64,000 nucleotides of DNA, from contig MU054122.1 of assembly GCA_013239625.1 (NCBI GenBank), forward strand, positions 708,773 through 772,772, in the 5' to 3' direction. This document shows, piece after piece, positions 14,501 to 29,600 of this stretch (positions within the stretch are counted from its first letter, which is position 1; every line of letters starts with the position of its first letter). The DNA is from Lama guanicoe (lineage: Eukaryota). Made by a program: the position numbers and the translations under genes. Under the pieces are notes generated by a model that worked only from the letters and a program-made list of their open reading frames with translations, had not been told where the DNA came from and did not search any database.

Positions 14501-17500
14501 TAATTTCCTGTGGCTGCTGTAAAAAATTACCACCAACTTGGTGGCTTCAAGCTGCACACATGTATCCCCTTATGGTTCTGGGGATCAGAATTATGAATGC
14601 AGTTTCCCTGGGCTGAAATCAAGGTAGCGGCAGCTCCATGCTCCCTCTGGAGGCTCCAGTGGAGGATCTGTTTCCTTGCCACCAGTTTCTAGAGCTGCAT
14701 TCCTCACATTTGTTGGTTCATGGCCCCACCCTCCATCTTCAAAAACAACAATGTAGCATTTTCTTTCATTCGTCACATTGCCCCTCCTTTCCTACTCAAA
14801 TCTCCCTCAGTTTCCCTCAGTAAGGGTGCCTGTGATTTACGGGTAGGGCCTGCCCAGAAAATCTAGGATAATCTCTCCATCTCAAGATTCGTAACTTAAT
14901 CACATCTACAAAGTACCTTTTTCTGTATAACATTCACAGAGTCCAGAGATTAAGGCCTGGGTGTCTTTGGGCCTCTTATGAAGCCTGCTCCAGCACAGAA
15001 CTATAGAAGTCCCTAGAAATCCATGGTTTCAAAGAAGCCCTAGGGGTCCTCCTAGTACCTGAATTCCTTGGTTCTCCAATTATGAAGCACCCAAGTCCAT
15101 CTGTTACATCTGTAATATTAGATGAAAGCTACTCGCTCACAGTTTCCACTCCTTGAACCTAGACCATCACGGGTGCACATATGTAAATTACTCCAGCTCA
15201 GCAATCCGGTTGTTAAAAGTAACATTGGGAGTTCTTTTACCAAATGATGATACGCGGAAGTTAATTGAGAAGAAAAACAGCTAGTTTTTACAGAGTTGGT
15301 AGAAAGTGAATATTTGGAATTAGATAATTCAGTCTGTATTTAACATAAACATCCTATTCATTCTGGCCTCTCAGAGTTGCAGATACCTCTGCTAGGGTTA
15401 CTCCGCCCTTTTCACTTTTATGTAGCATACATACCAGATTCTTGAATTCGTCTACATAAAATCCATCACCTTTTCTCATTAATTTTTCAGATCCCCCAGT
15501 CACTGAAGATGGGTGGGTTATTTACAAAGACTACCAGTATTATTTTAGCAAAGAGAAGGAAACCATGGACAAGGCACGAGAATTTTGCAAGAAGAATTTT
15601 GGTGATCTTGTTTCCATCCAAAGTGAAAGCGAAAAGAAGTTTCTATGGAAATATGTAAGGATATGATTCATTTAAGCATGGAAAAGTGACATGTGATAAG
15701 GAAAGATAATGTCCATGATTGCTACCCTTTGGTGCAATTTCAAATTATGTGCTGAATTGGAGCCTTCTAAGGTCAGGGGTAAAAATGTGAGGGTCAGAGG
15801 AGGGGAAATTGGTGCTGGACATCACAGAAGTGAGTGACCTGATTGCTAGAGTTTTCAATGCAGAGTCACAGAACCCAGAAACAGTGTTTAGACTGGGCTT
15901 TGTGAGAATTCAGACTTGATGGTTTTAAGCTCACTAATTTGAGTTTCAAAGGTTATCATTCTTAACTAGTTGTTAATTATCAATACCGGACCCTTTGTGT
16001 TATAGCGCAAGTTGATTATTAATTTAATAATCTGTCTCAGTTGGACCAGATTCTTTTTTGTTTTTTCCTTTTGAGGTGGCAGGTAATTTGGTTTGTTTTT
16101 GTTTGTTTATTAATGGAAGTACCTGAGATTGAACCCAGGACATTTTGCATGCTAAGCACATGCTCTACCCCTGAGCTATAACCTTCCCTCTGCCCTGACC
16201 CGCCACCACTGCCCCCAGACCAGATTCTTGGTTAATAAGACAGTATTAACAAAGTTAATAAACAGATAGTACAGCTTGATTATTCATATAAAACTCTTTC
16301 TTGGTTGAACCAAAATTGTCAGCTAACAGTGGAGGTGTAATTTATTTTTTTCCGAGGGTGCTTGGTTCAATCTTTCTCTTTAAAAATCTTCATGGCATCC
16401 TCACTGTTTTCCAGAAAGGAGGTAAGAGGGAGAGAAGGCAAAAGTGAGTTCAACAGTAGTGAAAGAATAAAAATTCATTTGATTACAAAAGCATTAGAGC
16501 ATAGCCTGATTTACCTTCATCATTGTAGATACACCGTGGTTTGAAATTCTCAGGATTATTTCCTAATACTGCACAAATATATTTGTGGATGGAGAAGTCT
16601 TCCTTAGACACATAATCCCAAATGGCTACTTTGCTTTAAAGAATGTCTTCAACAACCTAATTACTATAGGTGTTTGGTATTAAAGAGAATGACTTAAGGT
16701 ATTTCCTGTATAAATACAGGTTGTTATATAATGTGCATATTTTTATTTTTATTCCTATGAAGAGCATTGAATGTACAACAAAATTTTTGCATGAATACCT
16801 CCTTAGGAAAGTCCCCTAATAGACCGTCTCATTAATATGTAGGTTTTATTTAAGAATTTGCTTCCTATGGTATAGACTGAACTATATGTAAACTTCCATG
16901 TTTTAGGTCAACAGAAATGATGCACAGCAAGCATATTTTATTGGCTTATTGATCAGCTTGGATAGAAAATTTGCGTAAGTAAATCAAAATAAAACAACGT
17001 TGCTTAGGATAGTGATCTGATGAATGCCTAAGAGTTACTTTCAGACTTTTGTTTTGCTGAATGCATTAAAAAAAAATCCTACTGGGCTGTTAATCTACAA
17101 AGCATCTTTTTTTTTTCCTCTTTCAGTTTTATTAGGTGAATTATTACAGTTTGCACATATACATTATATTGCATGTAAATACATATATATAGTACACTGC
17201 ACATTTTTTTTAGTTTACATATATGTACTGATCATTGTTTCTAAGAACAGATTAGTGCTTTAGCTTTTTACGCTTACGTAGTTATCAAACGAATAAAGCC
17301 AACCACAAAGTAAGAATCAGCAGAATGCGGTCACCCAATCATAAAGGACAGTCAAATACGCTTACACATATTCAAGAAATCAGTCATCTAAGTTGTGAAT
17401 AATAACTCGTCATTTGTGTCCTTATTTATTTTATTTTATTTTTTAGATTCCACATATAAGTGATATCATATGGCCTTTTTCTCTCTTAAAAAAACAAGGA

Positions 17501-20500
17501 GAATTTTTAAAAATTCTGTTAAATATTTTCAACATTGTAATTCTCAAGTAAACAACTCAAAGTCTGGTTTAATTTTGCAAAATGTCACCTCTCTTTGTTT
17601 TAGGGGATCATCACCAGTTAGTAAATCAGCTACTGAGAAGATGTATTATACAGATAGGAATACTGAATTTGTTTGAAAAGCAATGCTTCCCATTTAGACT
17701 GTCCTTGGTGCACAGAGCCAAAGGGTCCTTTTCGTGTCACCCCACTTAGTGCTTTAACAGCTCTGCTTTGAAGTATTCTTTCAACTGCATGAAATGCGTT
17801 CCCTTCAAAGGAATGACTGTACTGTTTTTCATGCAGGAGGGAGGGAATTAGTATGTTTCAGGGGTTTCTTTCATTGTTTATTATGACACATGTTCTCCTC
17901 AAGCTGGAAGAGCGGATACGTCTTCTCGGGACCCACCCAGATATTTTAACCACACTTGTTCCGTGTGACTGCTACTGATTGCCATTTTGGGCAACAGAGA
18001 CCCAAACTCACACTCATTATTTTTAAAGATCAGAAATGTGTGACGCTCCTTTGGACCAGAATTCATTTTAACAATCTCCAAAATAAGAGGGTCGCATTCA
18101 GTGATCTCTTGGTCTCTTTCGAGCTGACAGCCTCCAAATTTCTATGAATTATGAAAAGAAGCATAGGGCCATCTACCTTAGGAAAAGCCACAGTTAGCAT
18201 TCAAATCAGAGACTTGTCCTAATGAGAAACTCTGTATTCTCCATCTCTCTATGGGTGGTTTTGTTTTGCGGGAATCATGCCCAAGAAGTCCTGTGGGAGG
18301 ATATTTGCTTCTGGTCCCTTTCCAGGGTGACTGGCATCTCCGTTTCTTCTCTCACTTCAAGACAAAAGCTACTTCTTCCAGGGAGGGAAAAGAAGACAGA
18401 CTCCCCAGGCATTCAGTTGCTACAGAGGAGCCTGGTGCCGTGGGGAGCACAAGCTCCCTTTGGGGCTTTCATGCTAGTCTCTCTAGAAACTTCTCTTCTG
18501 TTTGTTTAGGATCTTGGGCTCCCTTCATCCTGATTGACTTGCCTGCTCCCACCACTAGGCTGTAGCCAACTCTTCTCAGAATCAGGTTTTTGCTCATTGG
18601 CTAAATTTTCTTTTCCAGTTGGATGGACGGAAGCAAAGTGGATTATGTGGCTTGGGCCACAGGTGAACCCAATTTTGCAAATGATGATGAAAACTGTGTA
18701 ACCATGTATTCAAATTCAGGTAGACAATATCAAAATCTTCTCCAATTTGCCTCCTGGTGTGATGTGTCATTTGCTACATTCCTAGGCTAGAAGTAGCAAG
18801 TTGTGTACTTAACTCAGAGGAAAAGGAAGAGAGAATGAAGGAGAATTCTAATTTTAGCAACATAGCTGTTGCCTTTTTAAGGAGCTGGATGTTTAACATT
18901 ATACTAATACACAACACAATATTCTCACTTCTCATTTTGTGAAACATTTTTAAATGTTTCTCTCTTTTCTTTCTCTCTACATTGTTATTTGTAAAATCAG
19001 AATAATAACAGAATGTATCTGCTCCTGAGAAGATTAAAGAGGTAATACATCTAAAACACTAAAGCAAATGCTTCATGTACATAAAGTTTAGGTATTATTA
19101 GATTATTATTGGCAATTACTGGCTATTTAGGTAATATATCTGCAACATCAAGTATACGCTTCACTCATGGGATGCTGTCTGTCAACCTGAAATATTATTG
19201 GTGAAATTATTAGTAAGCAAAAGCACAAAGGGGTATTGCATAGATCTTTCTGGTCTCTTGTGTAAAAATGATGTTTGTAGTATAAACCATTTTTGAGAAT
19301 CCTTATAAAATGTAAATGCATTATAAAAGTGCTTTTGAAGGTAAACATGTAAATCTCATTAAACTGTTTTGTTCTTTGTCAGGATTTTGGAATGACATTA
19401 ACTGTGGTTATCCAAATGCCTTCATTTGCCAGCGGCATAACAGCAGTATCAATGCCACGGCTATCCCTACCGCACCTTCAGCCCCAGGAGGTTGTAAGGA
19501 AGGTTGGAGTTTTTACAATCACAAGGTACTAAGAAATTTGAGTGGTATTTGGCACTGATCCATATGGAGAGTGACAATGCGAATCTTTCAGCTTAAAGTT
19601 AACTTTTGCTTACCACAGCACTCCAGAAAATTTTAGACATAAGGATATACTCAAAGGTACTTTCAAAATTGTTGTGCCCTTTGTCCTAAGGGAGAAAAAA
19701 ACTTTGCAAAGAAAGTTAACAAAATTATCTTAATTTTTTGGGTCTCTATTTGGTTGTGGGAATATTTATATTTAACTATAATCGTCATGAATAATTTCAA
19801 TTTCTTTAGAGCAAACACTCTTATCTTTCTGTACTTAATCCCATGATTTTTTTTCCTTCTATCCCAGTGTTTTAAAATCTTTGGATTTCTTGAAGAAGAA
19901 AGAAAAAATTGGCAAGAGGCACGAAAAGCTTGCATAGGATTTGGAGGAAATCTGGCATCCATACAAAATGAAAAAGAGCAAGGTATGTGGGCTGTTTAGA
20001 ACCAGTGATGCACATAAACATGAAATTTTTTCCTCTAAAATGGTAGAATGTTGCTTATAGTAAATGATTTTTTTTGGTTTTCCAGAGTGAAAATCTAGGA
20101 AGGGAAAGCAAAGACTTACTGAGAGCTGTTTTATTATTTGTAGGCACAGTGCTGAGCATTTTACATACAAAGTACCTTCCGTTTTCGTAACAACTCCATG
20201 AAGCAGGGATCATTACTCCATTGTGAATGAGGAAATGGTGTTTAGGGAGTCTCAGGTTAAGGAACTTGGTGGGTAAAGTGGTAGAGTTGGGTATCAAACT
20301 GGGTCTTCCAGATTAAATTCCACCTGTTTCTACCAAACCAGTTTGTCCACCAAAGAGCCAAAGAAGTGGAGTAGTTCTAGGAATAAAGTAAGAAATTGTT
20401 GATTTTCCATTTACTTCTAGGCACTTGATAATTCCTAAGGCAATAAAACTAAGTTTTAAATATGACCTTTGAACAAATTGAGGGGAAAAAATTGGATAAA

Positions 20501-20641
20501 ATGTGAGGATAAGCCAGAGCTTTGAAGTACAGAAGGAGGAAATTCACCACTTCCATGTAGCAGATTGCAAAATTCAGTATAGTATTGTCCACAGAAAGTA
20601 CTAGACCCCTTACGCATGGTCTTTTTGGGGCCACCTTACTT

Positions 20642-20688
<47 letters not shown>

Positions 20689-23600
20689 TAGGAATATAAT
20701 ATTCACATTTATGTAACTGGTCTACCACATTTTGGGCTCAGCTACCCCGGAGAGAAACACAATAACTGATTTCCTCTCTTAACCACAAAGTGCTGATTCC
20801 TGGCATAACAAAATTAGAACCTGGGTAATAGAGATGTGCAGAAGGAAACCATTTTCAGATAAAATAACATTATTCCTGGCGAAATAGGCACACGTTGTTG
20901 AATTCTTATTGTGGTTCTTGGCAGAAAACAAGTCAGGGCTGAAATATTGGCAGGTGGCGCTTTTCCACATTTCATTGCAAGTTGGGGATAGGGCAAGAAT
21001 TATGATCTCATTTAGGGAAGAAAAATGAAAACAAAGTAAATATTTTTCTTCCTGAAAAATATTAGAAGTTTTTTTTGGGGGGGTTGGGTTTTTTTGTTTT
21101 TGTTCTTTTTGGTTTTAGTTTTTTTACTTTTAGTTAATTGAGAAATAAATCTCTGAGCAGGCTGGTGGCATCTACACTCTGCTGAACAGTTAGTATGTAG
21201 CATGGCCCCTCTGTGGAACTGTTTGTTTATGAATAAACAGATAATGGTATCTCTATAGGCTTCTTTCTGTCTTGCATTTTCTATTAGTCACCCCGAGTGC
21301 TGAGTCATTTGGTTTCCTATTTGCATTCAGGAGTCATGTTTAAGCATAGTTTGGGAATTGTTCTGTAGAGCCAGTGCTCGTCCATTAGGTGTCCATCCGT
21401 GTCCTACGTGTCCACGGCTCCTGGCAAGGGAGGTTGATGGCTGCAGAAGGCAGCTGCTGTTGTGTGGGAGGCAGAAAGGATGGGGCATGGATACTGTCAA
21501 GCCTTTCACAGCTTCTGGATATTTGCCACCATTGTCTCTGCCACAGAATTGATAAAGAAGCAGGAGGCCATGTTTGTCCTACTTGAGTTTCTCTACAACT
21601 TCTCTTCCAACGATGAGAGCCTCCTGGATCCCAGCACCCTCAGTGGATGGCTGCTGACCCCTCGGAGTTGGCCCCCAAGGAGGAGATGTAGTTAGGTAGC
21701 TCTTTTGGTTTGGCAATTCAAGGTGGTGATAATTTGATAGCTTCATGCTTCTTGTTTTGACAAGTAATTTTCATTTTCAGGGCTTTTCTGGATTCAGAGC
21801 CCTCTTTGCCCCCTAGTTATTATGACCAGATAATTTTGTTTGTAGAATCAGGACACCAGCTAACGCGTAGGGTAACTGTGCATAAATTAGAAAAATGAAC
21901 CTTTTCCTGAAGAATGGTAGGCAGCCACAACCTAGACTGGGTTATACGAAATGGAGAGAGGGGCATGGAATGGACTTTAGCCTTCCCTTCTCCCATGCCC
22001 TGGTGCCCCAGTGCCCTTGGGCAGGATACAACCTGTACAGTTATCTATGGTGACCCAGATAAAACCTAGAATTTTATTGTGAGAAACTTTTCAAAGTCCA
22101 GAGCTGAGGTGATAACATGATGCTCCGGTTAGAATGTGTTTGTTTTCACGGTAAGTACTTTTAAATAATAATAGAGACATTAACCACATGTTTGGGATTT
22201 TAAAATTAATGCATTTTGAATATTTTCCATATGTTGGGTATTTCCCCCCAAAGTTTAAAATTATCTCGTGAAACTTTATTTCAGCATTTCTTACATATCA
22301 TATGAAGGACTCCACTTTTAATGCCTGGACTGGGCTGAATGATGTCAACTCAGAGCACACCTTCCTTTGGACGGATGGACGAGGAGTTTCTTACACAAAC
22401 TGGGGGAAGGGCTTCCCTGGTGGGAGAAGGAGCAGTCTTTCTTATGAAGATGTAAATATCACTTTCAGGTCACCTCTCTGTACACTGTCTCTTTGCTTCA
22501 AATCATCATATTAGTGATTAATCTTGTGTTAAAAAATCTACCAGAGTACTCCTTGATCTGATCCATTCTTGCAGATTTTAACTGTTTCAGGCTGAGACAG
22601 CCTTGAAGGAAAAGCTGTGAATTCACTGACGAACTCTTGATCTTGGAGGGGCGGGTGGTGGTGGTAGTGAGGAATGGGGAAAGTCAGCTCCAGTGTGGGC
22701 TTATGTCTATTTGAACCCAGAGTTATCAACATTCTTTGCATCAGCTGCCCCTAGACTCTTTAAGTTGTTGTAGTATTTGGGGTATAGTTCTGGAAGCTAC
22801 TAGAACTTCTAATGATATAATCATCATCATCATCATCATCATCATTATTGAGCTTATCATCTGCAGAGAGCTTGCTAGTAACCTAACCTAAGAGACAGAT
22901 GACTGCTTCTTTATTTCCCTACTTTTAATCTTACATCATTGACGTCAACAAATCAGTGTTAAAACACCCTACTAGGCACTATGAAATATGTGAAGAAACA
23001 TGAGATTTTATTCTTACCTTAAAGAAGGTTGAACTTAAGCTAGACCACAAGTCTCATACAAGAAATTGGACAGCAACAAAATGAAATTGCATAATGAGAG
23101 GGTCAACTGTAAAGCATGAGAACAGTTAGGAGAAAAGAAACTTACTGTGGGATGGAGTGATCTAATCAGCAAACACGTATCTATGGAGCTCTTCATTTGG
23201 TGGAAAGAAGGGATATGAGGAAGAATGAGCAATGGGTCTTTTCCTCAATATGTTTAAAATATAATGATCAGGGGAACGTGACGAGAGGATGGGGAAATTT
23301 ATGTTAAGTGCGAAAGGTGAATAAAGTCTTCAGGAAAAAGGTACAAGGTGGGTTTGGGCTAGAGTAAAGGGCTTTGGATGTAGCAGGGGCGTCATGCAAA
23401 AAAAAAGTTAAGAGTTAGCTTTAGAAGGTGGAAAGCAGAATTTAGGAAAATTTGGATGCCTTATGAAAGAGTTTGGACTTCGTCAGATAGGCAGCAAAAA
23501 AAAAAATGGTTTGAGCAGAAAAATGACCTGATCGAAATGGTACCTTGATGATAATTCATTTGGTATCTATGAGATGCATAGGTACATTCTAGTTATGGGT

Positions 23601-26600
23601 AAGTGACTTTCCAGGGAGAAATTCTTTGAATCCTCCTTACATCAATGAGGGCTGAAAAGTAGAGTGGAGATGGGTTTGCTTAGAAAGACTTCATGGATGA
23701 GTGGCAAATTTTATTTTAAAATAAAGAAAAATCATTATTGCACAAGTTTCTTTTGTTTTTAGAACAGAAAGAAAAGGAGAAACAATGGAAACAAATAAAA
23801 TCTGTAATCTCACCTTCCAGAAAAAAACACTTACGTTTTTGCTGGTTTTATTCATAAACTTTTCCTTAGTATGGGTAAAAATACTAAGTTTATATTTCAC
23901 AAAAGTGGAATCAAAGCACATATGTTGTTTTGTTACAATGCCAGGACTCTTGTTCTTTACAGGGTTCCTGGCTTAGAGCAGAGACTCTGAGCCAGGAGAA
24001 TGGAAGGTAAGAGTAGCTTAGAAGGGAGATGGGAATGAGTGGAGAATTTCTGAAATGTAGGTTTGGGGGTTCCTAATAGTTGAAACTCATGAGACAGTGA
24101 GACTGGAGGCAGGGAGGTTGAGAAGACCACTAGCTGTTGTGAAACCGTGGTAGCTGTGGATCAGGGAATTCATGAGATGTCTGATAGCACATTTCTCAGA
24201 ACTGTCACCAAGCTTTATCTATTGTCTCTACTTAATGTTCAGTTAAGACAGTCACAGTTTGGTGTGAGGGATCCACATGGAAAGTTGGTGCAGTTGTGTA
24301 GAAATAGGATGAATTGCAGATGCTGTAAATGAATTAGGACTATCCTAAAATGTGGAGGTTAGGGATGAAGGATTTTATTTTTGTCTGATTAATGAATTGA
24401 TTTAAATGATGGTCGATCCACATGTGGCTTCTTTTTTCTTCTCCATAAATATACAGGCTGACTGCGTTGTTGTTATTGGAGGGAAATCCAGGGATGCAGG
24501 AAAATGGATGGATGACACCTGTGATAGCAAGCGAGGCTATATATGCCAGACCCCTCCTGGTAAGTTCCGCCAGACCTTGCCGTTAAGAGGTGGGGTTTTT
24601 TTAAAAATGACTTTTTAAAAAAACTTTAAGTTGGATTCATTGAGACTTAAGTTACATACAGTAGAGTTCATCCTTTTTAGGTGTACAGGTCCGTGAGTTG
24701 TTCAGATTTATTATATAGTCATGTAACCACCACCAGAGGCACAATGCAGAACCATCACCCAAGCCGTTCCCTTAGGTCCCTTGATAGTGATTCCCTCCTC
24801 CCACCTTTAGCCCCTGGCAACTACATACTTGATTTTTGTCCCCATGATTTTGCTTCTTCCAGAAGGTCATATAAATGGAATCAAACAGTAAGTAACCTTT
24901 TGTGTTTGGCTTCTTTCACGTAGCAAATGCTTTGGGGAGTCATCTGTGTTGTGTGTAGAGTTGGTTCCTTTCCATTGCTCAACAGTATTCCATTGTGCAG
25001 ATGTACCACAATGCATTTTTCCATTCACCCCTTGGATACTGGGATTGTTTCCAGTGTCTGTCAAATACTAATAAAACTGCTATTTATGTTCATGTGTAGG
25101 ACTTGGTGTGAACGTATGTTTTCTTTAAAAAAAATGATTTTCTTCTCAGTTTTGCTGTGAACCTTAAACTGCTCTAAAAAATAAAGTTTTGTTAAAAAAA
25201 AATTCCCTTTCACATCAACACGTTATTTGATTTTGACTTCAATCCACATATGCCTGTGACCGATAAAAAGGATATTTCCTGTAATTTGTATTTATGAATA
25301 GAAGTGTGTGCCCTCATCCATCACGGGAAGTTTGTACAGATTAATTTTGAAGTTGAAACTTTTTCTAATTTTTTTAGAAACTTGGTATATTTGCTTACCT
25401 GTCCCTTAAAAAATAGTCAGAGTAGGAATACCTCAGTTGAACGTGTGTAGAGTACAGTTGCCACAAAGCATCATCTTTGCCTCGTGAATCGTTGTATATT
25501 TTGAGTCTTTAAAAATGTAGGTAACTTACTTGTGTTACTTTTTTCATCTTAGGAAGCCTGACTTTGGTTCAATGAAATCTGTTCAGTTATGTCGATATTT
25601 ACCAAGAATCAAGATTATGGTTGTATGCATTTTAGTTTCTAGTGACATTAGAATAAAAATGTTTGGCCCTGTTAGAAGATGATCAGAAAATAAAAGAAAG
25701 ATTAGAGATAAGGGTTGAAAAGATGGGCTGAGTTGCTGTCATCCTGAGGACAGCTCTTCAGAGGAGTTTGAGTTAGAAGGTATTTGTTCTCCCAGATCTC
25801 ACGGTGTTTTATACTTCCTGGGGAATCAGGGAACTAATGTCAGCTCATGACAATGAGTGAAAATTGCTTAAGGTATTTTCAGATGATGGAGAAGTACTGA
25901 AGAAATTCTAACTTTCTATTAATCCCAAAGCAGGTCCAGGCCATGCCACTTTCTCCTCTGCACTGTGCCCAGCAGCACCAGCATCTCAGGCCACCAGCCA
26001 TGCCAAAGCATGGCATCTGTGCTGCTGTTCTTTGGGGAAATTAGTTAACGATGATTCATAAGCTTATTTAAAATCTTCTTTTTCTTCTTCCTGTAAACAT
26101 AAGTGGTAGGATATTTGCCACCAATAAAAAGTGTTTTGAAGATTTTTAATGATTTAAGCTTCAGGAAAGGTTCACAGTATTGAAGTGAAAAAGGCAGGAT
26201 GTAAAATTTTATAGACTATTGATTATACAAAAAACATTTAAAAAAACCTTTTGAACGTCCTTTAAAAAAAAGAACAAAAAAAGCTATGGAAATGCATCAA
26301 AATAGAAATAGACATTATCTTTGGATAGTGGGATTAAGAACTTTAGTTCCTCCAGTGTGCTATTGTATTTTCCAATATTTTTCAAAAACTTTCTTTCTAA
26401 CTCTCTCTCTAACATTTCTCAGAACTGTCACCAAGCTTTATCTATTGTCTCTACTTAATGTTCAGTTAAGACAGTCACAGTTTGGTGTGAGGGATCCACA
26501 TGGAAAGTTGGTGCAGTTGTGTAGAAATAGGATGAATTGCAGATGCTGTAAATGAATTAGGACTATCCTAAAATGTGGAGGTTAGGGATGAAGGATTTTA

Positions 26601-29600
26601 TTTTTGTCTGATTAATGAATTGATTTAAATGATGGTCGATCCACATGTGGCTGCTTTTTTCTTCTCCATAAATATACAGGCTGACTGCGTTGTTGTTATT
26701 GGAGGGAAATCCAGGGATGCAGGAAAATGGATGGATGACACCTGTGATAGCAAGCGAGGCTATATATGCCAGACCCCTCCTGGTAAGTTCCGCCAGACCT
26801 TGCCGTTAAGAGGTGGGGTTTTTTTAAAAATGACTTTTTAAAAAAACTTTAAGTTGGATTCATTGAGACTTAAGTTACATACAGTAGAGTTCATCCTTTT
26901 TAGGTGTACAGGTCCGTGAGTTGTTCAGATTTATTATATAGTCATGTAACCACCACCAGAGGCACAATGCAGAACCATCACCCAAGCCGTTCCCTTAGGT
27001 CCCTTGATAGTGATTCCCTCCTCCCACCTTTAGCCCCTGGCAACTACATACTTGATTTTTGTCCCCATGATTTTGCTTCTTCCAGAAGGTCATATAAATG
27101 GAATCAAACAGTAAGTAACCTTTTGTGTTTGGCTTCTTTCATGTAGCAAATGCTTTGGGGAGTCATCTGTGTTGTGTGTAGAGTTGGTTCCTTTCCATTG
27201 CTCAACAGTATTCCATTGTGCAGATGTACCACAATGCATTTATCCATTCACCCCTTGGATACTGGGATTGTTTCCAGTGTCTGTCAAATACTAATAAAAC
27301 TGCTATTTATGTTCATGTGTAGGACTTGGTGTGAACGTATGTTTTCTTTAAAAAAAATGATTTTCTTCTCAGTTTTGCTGTGAACCTTAAACTGCTCTAA
27401 AAAATAAAGTTTTGTTAAAAAAAAATTCCCTTTCACATCAACACGTTATTTGATTTTGACTTCAATCCACATATGCCTGTGACCGATAAAAAGGATATTT
27501 CCTGTAATTTGTATTTATGAATAGAAGTGTGTCCCCTCATCCATCACGGGAAGTTTGTACAGATTAATTTTGAAGTTGAAACTTTTTCTAATTTTTTTAG
27601 AAACTTGGTATATTTGCTTACCTGTCCCTTAAAAAATAGTCAGAGTAGGAATACCTCAGTTGAACGTGTGTAGAGTACAGTTGCCACAAAGCATCATCTT
27701 TGCCTCGTGAATCGTTGTATATTTTGAGTCTTTAAAAATGTAGGTAACTTACTTGTGTTACTTTTTTCATCTTAGGAAGCCTGACTTTGGTTCAATGAAA
27801 TCTGTTCAGTTATGTCGATATTTACCAAGAATCAAGATTATGGTTGTATGCATTTTAGTTTCTAGTGACATTAGAATAAAAATGTTTGGCCCTGTTAGAA
27901 GATGATCAGAAAATAAAAGAAAGATTAGAGATAAGGGTTGAAAAGATGGGCTGAGTTGCTGTCATCCTGAGGACAGCTCTTCAGAGGAGTTTGAGTTAGA
28001 AGGTATTTGTTCTCCCAGATCTCACGGTGTTTTATACTTCCTGGGGAATCAGGGAACTAATGTCAGCTCATGACAATGAGTGAAAATTGCTTAAGGTATT
28101 TTCAGATGATGGAGAAGTACTGAAGAAATTCTAACTTTCTATTAATCCCAAAGCAGGTCCAGGCCATGCCACTTTCTCCTCTGCACTGTGCCCAGCAGCA
28201 CCAGCATCTCAGGCCACCAGCCATGCCAAAGCATGGCATCTGTGCTGCTGTTCTTTGGGGAAATTAGTTAACGATGATTCATAAGCTTATTTAAAATCTT
28301 CTTTTTCTTCTTCCTGTAAACATAAGTGGTAGGATATTTGCCACCAATAAAAAGTGTTTTGAAGATTTTTAATGATTTAAGCTTCAGGAAAGGTTCACAG
28401 TATTGAAGTGAAAAAGGCAGGATGTAAAATTTTATAGACTATTGATTATACAAAAAACATTTAAAAAAACCTTTTGAACGTCCTTTAAAAAAAAGAACAA
28501 AAAAAGCTATGGAAATGCATCAAAATAGAAATAGACATTATCTTTGGATAGTGGGATTAAGAACTTTAGTTCCTCCAGTGTGCTATTGTATTTTCCAATA
28601 TTTTTCAAAAACTTTCTTTCTAACTCTCTCTCTCTCTATATTTACATTTATATTGTATATATTATATCTATCTATGAATATATCTCTCTACATACAAAAA
28701 TTATAAGGAAACACTAAAATATTGAGAGGTAATTTTTAGGTGGTTAGATTCTGAGTAATTTTCTCTTATTTTTAGGCTTTTCTATATTTCCTAAGAAATT
28801 TCAACAAAGAACACATGTTCAGTATTTTTTAAAACAGTGTGGACTTTATTCATATACTATAGATGAATAAAATGAAAGAATATATATGAATTCATATAGA
28901 TATATAAAGATATATGAATAAAAACATGAATGAATACATAGGAATATATATGAATAAACAACACTTAAAAAATACATAGCACATGTTCCTTGATGAAATT
29001 TTAGAAAATTCAGAAAAGCATAAAGAGAAAAAATTACTCATTTTTTACTCACCTGAAGATAACATCTCAATAATTTAGTTTCAATTATAATTTTTTAATT
29101 ATAATTTTTTTCCTATGAATGTTTTAATAAACAAGCAAATTAGGGAGTGAGCTAACTTTCCTTGCCGCATATAGCCTTTCATGAAGCCTTTTAAATCTTA
29201 TCTCAAGATTCATCTGCCACTTTCAGCAGTCTGAAATTTTTCCAGTGATACTAAGACAAACCTAGCCGTCTCCAAGCTGGGAAATAAGACCTTTCACTTC
29301 CTAAGGGCTGTTAATATGCAAGGATCCTGGCCTGGGTCCTGGATTTAATGCTGTTTTACCAACACAAGGTGGCAGCAACGGCGGAAGGGGAGGCTGCCAT
29401 CCTTGCTGAATTAAAATTGTTACCAGGGATATTAAGAGCAAGGCAGATGGAAGGTTGGGTTGGTATGCAGTGGAACAGATCAGAGAGTTGGCCAAGACAA
29501 CATCGACAGGCAGGGATATATCTAGGACCTAGACCAGAGGTTGGTAAACCTTTTCTGTAAGAGACAGATTATAAGCGTTGCAGGATTTGCAGACCATACG

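Larger units (their letters stand above)
24189..28633 (+). repeat. Tandem duplication 1: 24189-26410 and 26412-28633, contains exon ~23
   Basis: Direct comparison, offset 2223; only 4 substitutions seen by eye. Confidence 0.97.
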
